This document shows positions 17,201 to 26,281 of a DNA stretch of 36,448 nucleotides, one piece after another (within the stretch, counting starts at the first letter, position 1; each line of letters starts with the position of its first letter). The translations under genes were made by a program, and so were the position numbers. The notes beneath the pieces are model-generated. The model was given only the letters and a program-made list of their open reading frames with translations. It did no database searches and was not told the origin of the DNA. The DNA comes from Coleofasciculus sp. B1-GNL1-01 (GTDB lineage Bacteria > Cyanobacteriota > Cyanobacteriia > Cyanobacteriales > Coleofasciculaceae), in the NCBI GenBank assembly GCA_040220235.1, contig JAVJTO010000162.1. One strand, given 5' to 3'.

Positions 17201-20001
17201 ACGAACGTATCATTAGCCGTTCCGCTGACTATATTCTCAATTGAAGAGAAAGCTAAACCATTACTAAAACCTGATAGGTTCCCGCTATCCGTGCCATTAA
17301 TTGTCCAAGTTGTCTCTTGATTGACACCGACTAACGTTGAACCCCCGGAAATAATCACTAAATCTTGGAAAGGAATTGTACCCGTATCGGTAACTGTATC
17401 AAACAGAGTTACCGTACCCGTACCATCAGCACGACCGATATTAATGTTTAGAAAACCATCTTGCCAGCCATCAATCTCCGTCGTGGTTAAATCTAGGGTG
17501 TCCCCTCCCGTATCGCTAGCTGTGCCAATGGCGATATTTTGATTAGGCGTTGCTGGTTCAATTCGTAAATTGCCTGTGCTGATCACAGATACGATGCCAT
17601 CAACTCCGCCTGTCAAGTCAATTTCATTGCCAATTAAGGTAATATCTCCACCATCGGGAGAACCACTGGAATCAAGATCCCCTGCAATAATAGTACTGCC
17701 AGCTTCAAGGGTAATATTGCCACCAATACCATTAGCAGACGAGGCATCAACTAAACCACCTGTGTCAAAACCTGAAAAAGAAAAGAAGGTACTGGTATCA
17801 ATTGTTCCACCTGCTTTGATCTGAATATTTCCTGCACTAGCAACTCCCCTTGAGTCGATACCAGCAGTAGTAATATTACCAGCCGCTTCTAGGGTGACAT
17901 TACCCCCATTCCCCGTTACTCCACCAACAATCTCAGTCACTCCTGATGCATCAATAGTACAGAAATTAACGCTGCCACAAATAGGACTAGCTAGCATATC
18001 GATACTGCCACTCTTGCTGATGACCGAAATATTTCCACCATTGCCGCTGAATGCATTAGCGTTAAGTCCAACAAGATCAATATCACTCTCTGCCTCAAAT
18101 ATGATATCACCTGCACCCGCTTCCCCCGATGAACTGACAGAACCTTGTGAGGTTAGATCAATTTTGCCACCACTGGTCACACTAATATTTCCACCATTGC
18201 CAAATTCAGTATCGGCGGCGAGATTCTTAACGTTAATATCGCCAGCCGCTTCCAGGGTAATATTACCCGCATCACTTGTATCAGTACCTACAGTTGATAT
18301 CGTACCTGTGGAGATAGAACCGCCGCTACTAATGATTTCAATATCACCCCCACTATCATTAATTACTCTCTCTCCGGTTTGAATATTAAAGGTGCTGATG
18401 TCCCCCGTAGCCGATAAGATAATCGTGCCATCATTCTTCTCGGTTGTCCTAATTTCTCCCACTGAAATACTGCCAGGATTTGTCGTTGTACCTGAAGAAT
18501 CAAAGGGAGGGATTTCTGGCGGAAGATTGATCGGATTATCTAAGGATGTTTTTCCCGCCTGCAAAATAACAGCGGCGGTACTGCTTAAAAGGGGAATATC
18601 TGGATCTGTACCCACTAAAGTCGTATCGGCTCCAGTAATCGTAATATCTCCCCCCCTAATACTTCCTCTCGTCTCAATCTTGAGAGATACGCCTGTATAC
18701 TCCCCAAATGTGACATCTTCATTTGAGCTAATAATTGGGTCAAACTTACTGATATAATTTCCCGGTTGACCCAACAAATTGAGAACGGAGAAATTACCCC
18801 CGCTGCTAAAGTGAGCATCCCCAGAAATATTGCCATCGCTGACTAAACTCAGATTGCCACCACTGACGAACGGTGTTTGCGGATGATTGAGTGCCAAAAT
18901 ATCAATGGCATGATTCCCTTGAATATAAAGATTACCGCCAGCTTGCGCTAAAAAGGGATTCGTTACACTATCTCGCACGAACACTGTATTTCCGGCTAGT
19001 AGGGTTAAATCATTGGTCGTATTGAGTTTGCTTTCTAGCAAGATTAAATTATGAATAGCGGATAGAATTACTGTCTGCGCCGTCACATTTTGAGACACAA
19101 CATCGCCATTCTCGATAAGAAAATTAGTATTCGCCAGTTGTACCTCTCCCTCTGGAGTAACATCAACCCCTGTCTCCAGATTTTCCCCTGTTCCCGTTAA
19201 CAAGCTGGCTAAATCCAAAGGTGTAAAGGATTGCAGCAATTCTTGATTATCCCTGGGAAGTTCCACCTCTAAACTTAATAACTGACCTTCCTGAGAAATC
19301 CTCACCAAATTAGAACCCGATACCGCCGCCACGGTAATTTGTCCTCCTGAGGCTGTTAATTGCCCCGTGTTAATCACAGAACCTCCCAGTAAGGTTAAAT
19401 CCTGTCCCGGAGAAACTACCAAATTTCCGGCATTAACAATGCTTCCTCCTGGTGATAAATCAAACGCAAACTGATTGGGATTTCCCACTAACTGCTGATA
19501 ATTATTTGCTCCAAACGCATTAAACCAATGATTGTCACCAAATCCAATACCCGTCGCCGTTGTTGCGGTAAAATCAGCCGGAACATTTAAACTCGCTTGA
19601 TTGCCAAAGATGATTCCCGCCGGATTCATTAAATATAAATTTGGACTTCCTCCACTAACCTGAATCAACCCATTAATTAGGGAGGGATTGCCACTAATCA
19701 CTCGCCCCAGGATATTTTCTAGGTTAGGATTCGCCAGAACGTTGGCAACTTGATCTGCATCTAAACCAAAGTCTTGGAAACTGTGAAACAGGTTAGTTCC
19801 ATCCCCTGACAAACTCCCCCCAGAAATATCAAACTGATTCCCGTTGGGGGTAATCACAGTTCCTGTACCATCTGGGGCGGGAGTAATCGGTTCAGCTAGG
19901 GCAGGAGAATAAATAATCAGTGGGGTAATAATGCCAAGAATCCCTTGGGTAATCGAAAGAATGGCAAACAGCCAAGACCAGCGCAACCGAGCAGATTTCA
20001 T
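14287..20001 (-). CDS. Filamentous haemagglutinin N-terminal domain protein with beta-helix repeats and C-terminal CHAT (caspase-like) domain
   Basis: Signal-like N-terminus, NLFHSF and NPAGIIFG (haemagglutination/TPS domain), G(N/D)GG(N/D)I repeats, PIEPP linker, CHAT HLATHG, LSACRTA, SLWYVSD, HPYYWSAF; ATG at 20001 preferred over TTG at 20049. Confidence 0.9.
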   Translation of the reverse strand: MKSARLRWSWLFAILSITQGILGIITPLIIYSPALAEPITPAPDGTGTVITPNGNQFDISGGSLSGDGTNLFHSFQDFGLDADQVANVLANPNLENILGRVISGNPSLINGLIQVSGGSPNLYLMNPAGIIFGNQASLNVPADFTATTATGIGFGDNHWFNAFGANNYQQLVGNPNQFAFDLSPGGSIVNAGNLVVSPGQDLTLLGGSVINTGQLTASGGQITVAAVSGSNLVRISQEGQLLSLEVELPRDNQELLQSFTPLDLASLLTGTGENLETGVDVTPEGEVQLANTNFLIENGDVVSQNVTAQTVILSAIHNLILLESKLNTTNDLTLLAGNTVFVRDSVTNPFLAQAGGNLYIQGNHAIDILALNHPQTPFVSGGNLSLVSDGNISGDAHFSSGGNFSVLNLLGQPGNYISKFDPIISSNEDVTFGEYTGVSLKIETRGSIRGGDITITGADTTLVGTDPDIPLLSSTAAVILQAGKTSLDNPINLPPEIPPFDSSGTTTNPGSISVGEIRTTEKNDGTIILSATGDISTFNIQTGERVINDSGGDIEIISSGGSISTGTISTVGTDTSDAGNITLEAAGDINVKNLAADTEFGNGGNISVTSGGKIDLTSQGSVSSSGEAGAGDIIFEAESDIDLVGLNANAFSGNGGNISVISKSGSIDMLASPICGSVNFCTIDASGVTEIVGGVTGNGGNVTLEAAGNITTAGIDSRGVASAGNIQIKAGGTIDTSTFFSFSGFDTGGLVDASSANGIGGNITLEAGSTIIAGDLDSSGSPDGGDITLIGNEIDLTGGVDGIVSVISTGNLRIEPATPNQNIAIGTASDTGGDTLDLTTTEIDGWQDGFLNINIGRADGTGTVTLFDTVTDTGTIPFQDLVIISGGSTLVGVNQETTWTINGTDSGNLSGFSNGLAFSSIENIVSGTANDTFVFSNNGTISGTINGGIGADSLDYSQNDSPVTLNLATIENIEQVTGNDDSLLVGTDTLNTWTITESNSGTVNSTLTFNDFSNLIGGNSDDTFIFNTNDNFSGNINGAAGNLILTGDEINLAGTISGTGDLTIQPLTPTQSIQVGGTDSGNPSILEVTATELSLLQNGFSAIAIGRSDSSGSITVAGDVTFNDPVTFQAPVDAGSINTTGGTITGTDDATLTLQANQDIITGDIINSGRAINLTSTRSTIDTRAGILNSSTETGNGGAIELTAFDTITTGDIDSSSKGNAQGGMITLDSSDGAITTNNLNSSGASGGDITIRALTEITTGEINSSGNNGDGGDVTLDPINDIQVTSINAQGGNSGKGGTVDITAGQFFRATGSFTDNNGREASLSTAGNLGGGDIIIRHGGNGEIPFQVGDASVNGTVGAITSGDITISPSKSFLFTHVEGNIQIISVDEPITPIEPPSPPIEPPIIPIEPPTIPIDTTPNFTEPPINPVDITQVQEEEEQESTPSPVEQVIPSLEVDAIAPIEERFTLVYENYLNLENTTPTTLTQARATLNQIEQATGVKPALIYAVFVPTAVGEEDASGGASLEFLKRRGAQRGAQRGAENGSGFESRVLANQAAQESDQLALILVTADGKTMSYSVPGATRGKVLKTTQELRRAVTDTRIPRPYLPAAQQLYQWLIAPLEAELEGREINNLAFIMDQGLRSLPMAVLHDGNGFIIERYSVGFMPTLALTDTRYVDLRNLQVLAMGASEFTDQNPLPAVPVELDAIADKLWQGRSFLNSTFTPDRLKQTRANQPFGIVHLATHGEFKPGKPENSYIQFWNQKLPLNQIRELGLNNPPVELMVLSACRTALGDEEAELGFTGLAVQAGVKSALGSLWYVSDEGTLGLMTGFYEQLKQAPIKAEALRQAQLAMIQGNVRLENGQVVTPSGTFPLPPQLAELPDKELTHPYYWSAFTLVGSPW

Positions 20002-20328
20002 GGTAATGCTTTCCTCCCTGAAAGCTGATGGAATTGATTTTAACTCCAAGGCGTGATTGATTTGGCTGGAGGCAATAAAACTATAGAAAATAATACGATA
20101 ATTTAGATAGCTTTAAACTTTGAGAGTTCAATGGAGTTCGTAGTTCGTAGTAAGGGCTTTAGCCCTATAACTCTGACAACAAGAGCCGCTGCCTGCCGTA
20201 GTTGTCTAATCTTATCTATATTTATCTGGAGAGGCTATCGCACAACAACTCCACCAACCCCGATACCTGAATTTGTCCTGGTGCTGTCTTCACTCTCAGT
20301 CCAGCTATGTCCTAATCAAGCCCTGCCA

Positions 20329-20641
20329 GATAACGAAAACTTTTAGGAGTGACGTTGACGTTTTAATATTCTAAAGATAATCGGATTTCGGGCAGGTAGA
20401 AAACGCCACAGGCAAATCCTGATTTGACCAGGGTTTGAGGGTGTAGTATGATGTTATTTTAATGCTGTATTGGGTGTTTTTTATAGCTAATTTTAAACAA
20501 CCATCGCTTAAATCCCTTGAAAATGCGTTTTTTTATTCTCCCTAGCGTCGGAAAAATTTAAATAATACAAGCATGTTTCATTCTCCAATTTTCTGGACTC
20601 GAAACCAGGTAGATTTGACAAAAAAGCCGTTTAATGCATCT
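20329..20641 (-). promoter_or_regulatory. Duplicated 313-bp non-coding module, copy 2, upstream of the FHA-CHAT gene (minus-strand -10 TAGAAT at 20368-20373)
   Basis: Gap-free alignment to 13741-14053. Confidence 0.65.
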
Positions 20642-20691
20642 AATTTCCAATCCCAAAAGGGCGAGTAGTCGTGGAGTAAGTCGCGACGATT

Positions 20692-22245
20692 CTAGTCCTC
20701 AAGGGTTTCGATGGTAACGGTTAATCCCTGCTCCTGAAGCAAATTAAGAATTTGTTGGGCATTCTCGCGACTACTAAATAATCCCACTTGCATCATTAAC
20801 TGCCCATTGTAAGATGTACGAAACGCCTCAGGAATCAGCGATCGCACTAAGGTTTGCTGATCATCAGTTGTGGCAGCGACTAATACCCGATAACGCCCTT
20901 CCGGTGCGGTTTCTGGGGGCGGTTCCTGGGGGGTGGCGGATGGGTTGTTGCTACTGAGTACAGGAATAGAATCCCGGCTGGGGAACTCTTGTGGATTAAC
21001 TGTAACCTCTCCCATCTCGGTGTCAGGTGCAGAGGCGGCTGGTGTGGATGTATCAGGTATCGCCGTCTCGGTTGGTGAGGGAACGGAAATATCGATGATC
21101 TGGGGAACGGTTGCGGCGGGTGTCGCTGGGTTAGTTGGGTTCTGTTGAGACTGGAGACTGGCGGGAACCGGAAAAGACGCGGCGGAAATGGACGAGGTTG
21201 AGGAGGATGCGTCTGTCTGATTTGCGGCTGCGGGTTGAGTCTCAGTTGATTCTGGGGGATTCGCCACCGATAGGGAGATAGTTGTCCAGTCTGAAGGAAA
21301 CGTGGTGGGAAGTGTTTCTAACTGGGAGATAGTCGTCTGGGGTTCAATGATGGGGGAAACACTTTCAGGAGTTGGCGAAGGATTCGCGGTAGTTTCAACA
21401 GGTTCAGATACCGATTCGGTTTTGGGAATACTCGTAGTCGTGGCAGATTCAACCGAGGGTGAAGGACTGTTGCGATCTGCGCTTCGCAGCGGCGCTTCGC
21501 CATCGCTACTCAACTCTAAGGTAGCGTTTTCCCGATCAATAAATACATTTTCCCGCACATCTGCTTGTAATGTCCCCGCCACTAGAATACCGTCACCACC
21601 ATTGTTATAAAAGTAATTGCTGCGAATGGTTGGCGCACTATTGCCTTTCACCACAATTCCGGCGCTGGTATTTTCCGTAAATGTATTATCCACGACTACT
21701 GGGGAACTGGATTCAATCCATAACCCATAGCCTTGAGGATTGGGATTGGTAATCGTCACTCCCGTTACCGTGGCGGGATTGGCTGCCAGAATGGTAATAT
21801 TCTGCTCAGATGCGGTGGGACTTTCAAACATGCCCCCCCCTTGAATGATAATATTCTCCCCTCTGGTTCGGGGATTCCCTTGCAACGTGACGCCATCGGG
21901 CAAAATTAAAGGAAAGGTTTCACCCGTTTGGGAACTATAGACTCCCGGCGTTAATCGAATCACCGTATTCGGTTGCGCGACTTGTAAGGCTTTGGCAATA
22001 GTTTTGAACGGGGAACCCATATTACCATTACCATTAATATCATCCCCAGTTATGGGGTTAACCAACAACACTTGGCTGTCTTGCTGATTTTGGACAACAA
22101 GTCGCTGAGGATTCGGTGTTAACTGTGCTACAGCTTCCAGAGGAGTCAGGGTGATGCAGCTAAGAGAAACCACAGCGATCGCGCCTATCCTACACTGAAT
22201 TGGGCGTTGGTGGTGGAACCATTGAATTGGGTAAGGCTTAACCAT
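20692..22245 (-). CDS. DUF1565 / beta-helix protein with Pro/Thr/Ser linker and C-terminal SPOR-like domain
   Basis: VNPITGDD, PFKTIAKAL, GETFPL; C-terminal YRVLV...MQVGLFSSRENA; AGGAG before ATG at 22245. Confidence 0.8.
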   Translation of the reverse strand: MVKPYPIQWFHHQRPIQCRIGAIAVVSLSCITLTPLEAVAQLTPNPQRLVVQNQQDSQVLLVNPITGDDINGNGNMGSPFKTIAKALQVAQPNTVIRLTPGVYSSQTGETFPLILPDGVTLQGNPRTRGENIIIQGGGMFESPTASEQNITILAANPATVTGVTITNPNPQGYGLWIESSSPVVVDNTFTENTSAGIVVKGNSAPTIRSNYFYNNGGDGILVAGTLQADVRENVFIDRENATLELSSDGEAPLRSADRNSPSPSVESATTTSIPKTESVSEPVETTANPSPTPESVSPIIEPQTTISQLETLPTTFPSDWTTISLSVANPPESTETQPAAANQTDASSSTSSISAASFPVPASLQSQQNPTNPATPAATVPQIIDISVPSPTETAIPDTSTPAASAPDTEMGEVTVNPQEFPSRDSIPVLSSNNPSATPQEPPPETAPEGRYRVLVAATTDDQQTLVRSLIPEAFRTSYNGQLMMQVGLFSSRENAQQILNLLQEQGLTVTIETLED

Positions 22246-22413
22246 CTCCTGCGGTATGAATCTGAAGCTATGTTTTGAGTGTACTGTACTCAGTTGCACT
22301 AGAATAACGAATCGGCAACCGTTCGACAATTATTAAAATTTTCCACAGTTATGAACCACTCCAGATTCAGTCAACCCTTAAAAGCCATCATCCTGTTAGG
22401 ATAAGATAATCAT

Positions 22414-23508
22414 GTGGAGCAGTTCGCGATGAGCGGGTACAACGGTTGGATAGGTCAAGAACCAGCAGTTTGCCGAATATTAGATGCGAATTTAGACCGA
22501 GCCAGAGAAGGCTTACGGATTATCGAAGAGTGGTGTCGCTTTGGTCTAAATAGCGTGCAGATGGCGAGTGAATGCAAACAGATGCGCCAAGAACTTGCCC
22601 GTTGGCATAGTCGCGAGATTCGCGCCGAACGGGATACGCCTGGTGATTTGGGGACGGAACTCTCTCATCCCCAGGAAGAACACCGCGCCAATATCCAACA
22701 GGTTTTGCAAGCCAATCTATGTCGGGTTCAGGAAGCCTTACGGGTACTAGAGGAATATGGTAAGCTGTATAGTCCCCGTATGGGAACCGCTTGTAAGCAA
22801 ATGCGCTATCGGGTCTATACCCTAGAAAGTCAGTTGCTCATCTACCACCGTTATCAACGGCTGAAGCGATCGCAGCTTTATCTAGTCACCTCACCTTCAG
22901 ACCAACTCTTGCCCACGGTAGAAGCAGCACTCCAAGGGGGACTGACGTTAGTTCAGTATCGGGAAAAGGGGGCTGATGATTTAATCAAACTCGCTCAAGC
23001 CCAGAAACTGCGCCAGATGTGCCACCATTATGGGGCATTATTGATTATGAACGATCGCGTGGATTTGGCTCTGGCAATTGATGCCGATGGCGTTCATTTA
23101 GGACAGCAGGATTTGCCCATCGCTGTCGCCCGAAAACTCCTGGGACCCCATCGAATTATTGGGCGCTCTACCACAAATCCTGAGGAAATGCAACAGGCAA
23201 TCAGCGAAGGGGCTGATTATATTGGCGTCGGACCGGTCTATGAAACCCCAACCAAAGTCGGCAAAGCGGCAGCGGGGTTAGACTATGTGCAGTATGCAGC
23301 GCAACAAGCATCGATTCCCTGGTTTGCGATCGGTGGCATTGATCCGAATAATATTCATGAGGTCTTAGGGGCGGGAGCGAAACGAGTCGCGATCGTGCGG
23401 GCGATTATGCAAGCGGAACAACCGACATTGGTGACTCAGTATTTTCTCTCTCAACTCACCAAAGAACAACATCTGCGTCGTATTGAAGCGGGTATTCCTC
23501 AATCATGA
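22414..23508 (+). CDS. thiE: Thiamine-phosphate synthase, cyanobacterial long form
   Basis: RILDANLDRAREGLR N-domain; QYREK, NDRVD, GVHLGQQD, GRST, TPTK, AIGGI; start could be ATG at 22429. Confidence 0.95.
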   Translation: MEQFAMSGYNGWIGQEPAVCRILDANLDRAREGLRIIEEWCRFGLNSVQMASECKQMRQELARWHSREIRAERDTPGDLGTELSHPQEEHRANIQQVLQANLCRVQEALRVLEEYGKLYSPRMGTACKQMRYRVYTLESQLLIYHRYQRLKRSQLYLVTSPSDQLLPTVEAALQGGLTLVQYREKGADDLIKLAQAQKLRQMCHHYGALLIMNDRVDLALAIDADGVHLGQQDLPIAVARKLLGPHRIIGRSTTNPEEMQQAISEGADYIGVGPVYETPTKVGKAAAGLDYVQYAAQQASIPWFAIGGIDPNNIHEVLGAGAKRVAIVRAIMQAEQPTLVTQYFLSQLTKEQHLRRIEAGIPQS

Positions 23509-23726
23509 CCAACAGTAGCGAGCAAATTACTTTACAAGTGAATGGTGAAACCCGTACCTGTGCGGCTGACACCAAATTGCCTCAGCTTTTAGAACGGCTT
23601 GACCTAAATCCGCGCTTAGTGGCGGTTGAGTACAATGGCGAGATTCTTCACCGCCAGTTTTGGTCAGAGACTCAGATGAAGGATGGGGATCAGTTGGAAG
23701 TTGTGACGATTGTTGGTGGCGGGTAG
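23505..23726 (+). CDS. thiS: Sulfur carrier protein ThiS
   Basis: VNGE, VAVEYNGEI, C-terminal VGGG; ATGA overlap with thiE. Confidence 0.95.
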   Translation: MTNSSEQITLQVNGETRTCAADTKLPQLLERLDLNPRLVAVEYNGEILHRQFWSETQMKDGDQLEVVTIVGGG

Positions 23727-23850
23727 GGGAGCTGGGGGAGCTGGGGGAGCTGGGGGAGCTGGGGGAGCTGGGGGAGCTGGGGGAGCTGGGGGAGCTGGGG
23801 AAGCTGGGGAAGCTGGGGGAGCTGGGGGAGCTGGGGGAGCTGGGGGAGAT
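23726..23850 (+). repeat. 9-bp tandem repeat GGGGGAGCT, about 14 copies
   Basis: Read directly; the reverse form CCCCAGCT(T/C) occurs at 33114-33197. Confidence 0.95.
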
Positions 23851-24093
23851 GAGGAAGTTAACTCAAAATTCTACCTTACCTGTTCCCTGTTCCCTGTTCC
23901 TTAACAAATGACAAATCGGTAATCTCCACTTTTGGGATGTTTCAGCTCATGAAGGGGAGCGGTACAGTAAAAGTGTAGTCAGTAATACCCATCCGGCTTG
24001 AGGTGAGTTGTCTGTCTTCGTTCAGATTAAGGTGTTTGTGGCTAATGTCAGCCATGGAAAACTCACTGAAGTTGGAATAGTCCTAAATAACGT

Positions 24094-25032
24094 ATGCATA
24101 ACCATCTTTTTTCAAAGATCAAACCTTTTTTAAAGTCTCTGCTTGTTGTTGGTCTCATTTTTACCTTAGTCCTGGGAAATGCCAGTGATGCTTTAGCCGC
24201 TCGTAGTGGTGGGAGAATTGGTGGCGGTTCCTTCCGCGCTCCTAGTCGTACCTATTCTCGCCCAGGTGGGGGGTATCGCGGTGGCGGTTATGGATATGGT
24301 GGCGGCGGAATTGGTTTTCCGTTTCTCTTACCCTTCTTTGGCTTCGGTGGCGTGGGAAGTCTGTTCGGAATTCTGATCTTCTTTGCGATCGCGAATTTCT
24401 TGGTGCAGTCTTTCCGGCGTCTGGGTGAAGGAGGCGGAAATGATGTCCCTAGCACGATCAACCCCAAGGTTTCCGTGGGACGCTTGCAAGTGGGTTTACT
24501 TGCCAGTGCGCGTGAGCTTCAGTATGAACTTGATGCGTTAGCTCAACAAGCGAATACGGATTCCCCGCAAGGACGAGCGCAAGTGCTGCAAGAGTCTACC
24601 TTAGCCTTACTCCGCCATCCCGAATACTGGGTCTATGGTGCAACGCAATCTCAGCAAATTGCCTTAGACGCCGCCGAAGCTCGGTTTAATCAGCTCTCCC
24701 TAGCCGAACGCAGTAAATTTGCCGAAGAAACCCTATCAAATTATCAGGGTCAACTTCGCCAAGGTAAAGCGGCTGAAGGGGATGGAGCCTTGGTTGAAAC
24801 TCAAGATCCTGGTGAATACATTATCGTCACCCTTTTAGTTGGTGTACAAGGAAAGCTGGAATTACCCACCATCAATAGTTCCGATGACTTGCGTCAAGCC
24901 TTGCGTCAGATAGGTGGTGTGTCAAGCGATCGCTTATTGGCAATTGAAGTCCTCTGGACACCCCAAGCCGAAGGCGATACGTTAACCTCAGATGATGTAT
25001 TAGCCGAATATCCCGATCTGAAACTGGTTTAA
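24094..25032 (+). CDS. DUF1517 family membrane protein
   Basis: ARSGGRIGGGSF, Gly-rich region, TM helix, LALLRHPEYW, EVLWTPQ. Confidence 0.88.
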   Translation: MHNHLFSKIKPFLKSLLVVGLIFTLVLGNASDALAARSGGRIGGGSFRAPSRTYSRPGGGYRGGGYGYGGGGIGFPFLLPFFGFGGVGSLFGILIFFAIANFLVQSFRRLGEGGGNDVPSTINPKVSVGRLQVGLLASARELQYELDALAQQANTDSPQGRAQVLQESTLALLRHPEYWVYGATQSQQIALDAAEARFNQLSLAERSKFAEETLSNYQGQLRQGKAAEGDGALVETQDPGEYIIVTLLVGVQGKLELPTINSSDDLRQALRQIGGVSSDRLLAIEVLWTPQAEGDTLTSDDVLAEYPDLKLV

Positions 25033-25040
25033 CTCACATC

Positions 25041-25102
25041 TTGCACCTTGCACCTTGCACCTTGCACCTTGTCTCGCTCCTAAGACAATAGTGAGCGAGA
25101 CG
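25041..25102. repeat. TTGCACC heptamer x4 followed by hairpin GTCTCGCTC...GAGCGAGAC
   Basis: Read directly. Confidence 0.7.
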
Positions 25103-25167
25103 CTCCTGATTTTGTAGGGTGTCCAAAAAGCCCACCGGATTTTCAACCGCGATCGCACGCCAAAGAT

Positions 25168-25311
25168 GTAGGGACGGGTTTAGGGAATCTGTAGGGGCGG
25201 GTTTAGGGACAATTGTAGGGGCGGGTTTAGGGACTAAATTCAGATATTCACCGATAACGGAACAACAAAACCCGCCCTCTCCACCGATAAATGAAAAACA
25301 AAACCCGCCCT
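25168..25311. repeat. REP-like cluster: three GTAGGG(G/A)CGGGTTTAGGGA units and two AAAACCCGCCCT units
   Basis: Tandem left arms followed by inverted right arms. Confidence 0.8.
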
Positions 25312-25365
25312 AATCTCAACCGTTAAATTTGACCAATGATCAACTTATCACGGAAACCATTCGTC

Positions 25366-25962
25366 TCAGGGCGGTGATAAAACTTGGACAGCCGAGTTCG
25401 ATAAAACCAAGTCAACTAACTGGTCAATTAAATGGTCTTGTTCGATTGACAAAATTGACTTTCCTTGCATAACCTCTTGAAAAAGTACCAAGGAAGACAT
25501 AGAACTCAAAAAAATATAAGCAGTCAACTCCGGATCACGAATGTGCCAGTCTGGATGGGATTCAAAATACTGCTTCAGACTATGACGTTCTTCCCCAATA
25601 ACCCGGCGGATAAACAATTGTGCTAAGTGCGGAAAATGACCCGATTCGGCAATCAATAAACGTAGAAACGCCGCATACTCTGGATTATTCAGTTTCGCTA
25701 AAAATGCCTCTGCCAATCTTCGTAACCCTGCGGCTGGCTCATCCGACAGGTCAGAATTAAACTCAGGCTGAAACTGCTTACAGATGAACTGTTCCATCAA
25801 TTCAATAAACAATCCTTCTTTGGATTGAAAATGATTGTAAATGGTATGCTTAGATACATCTGCCTCGGCAGCTATCTGATCCATACTGGTTTCCCTATAG
25901 CCATGCTGGATAAAAAGTTGCATAGCAGCTTGGGCAATTTGCTCGCGTTTAGATGGTTTCAT
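25366..25962 (-). CDS. TetR/AcrR family transcriptional regulator
   Basis: LFIQHGYRETSMDQIAAEADVSKHTIYNHFQSKEGLF HTH; ATG at 25962 preferred. Confidence 0.93.
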   Translation of the reverse strand: MKPSKREQIAQAAMQLFIQHGYRETSMDQIAAEADVSKHTIYNHFQSKEGLFIELMEQFICKQFQPEFNSDLSDEPAAGLRRLAEAFLAKLNNPEYAAFLRLLIAESGHFPHLAQLFIRRVIGEERHSLKQYFESHPDWHIRDPELTAYIFLSSMSSLVLFQEVMQGKSILSIEQDHLIDQLVDLVLSNSAVQVLSPP

Positions 25963-26281
25963 AAATAATTCTGGAATGGTTAATTTGATACTCAGTTGTG
26001 TTTCGCAGTCCAAACGTCTCTCTCCTGCTTAAGAGAAGGAGAGAGTACGTTAGTCATTCAGGACGGAGTAATGTTGCAACTGATAATCGAGGATGTAAGC
26101 TGTCTTCATCCCCGATTTCCAATCCTCTTTAAGCGCAGTAACAGATGGACAGGGTAAAGGAGCAGGACGGAAAGGAAGCAAGTTTTCCATTTACCCTTTG
26201 CCAAAAAAAATTTAACGGTTACTACTAAACGGGCAACCTGGTATGAGAGACTGGAATCATGACACCCTTTACTAATATAGT

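Noticed and set aside
16373..18757. Series of + strand ORFs opposite the FHA-CHAT gene (similar ones at 29611-32300)
   Set aside because: Antisense shadows of repetitive beta-helix coding sequence
20590..20611. Minus-strand GGTTTCGAGTCC resembling a tRNA T-arm
   Set aside because: No acceptor, D or anticodon arms; the paralogous copy lacks the motif
22246..22413. TPP riboswitch upstream of thiE
   Set aside because: No CUGAGA / ACCUGAU core motifs visible
23660..23911. GELGEL/GAGGAG ORFs (collagen-like appearance)
   Set aside because: Translation artefacts of the 9-bp tandem repeat
25168..25311. Regularly spaced GTAGGGGCGGGTTTAGGGA units as a mini-CRISPR
   Set aside because: Spacers only 3-5 nt; units match the dispersed REP-like family
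26150..26200. CAGGACGGAAAGGAAGCA inside an AGGGTAAA/TTTACCCT stem, resembling SRP RNA domain IV
   Set aside because: The 3-bp stem closing the GNRA loop cannot form and the hairpin is too short for 4.5S RNA
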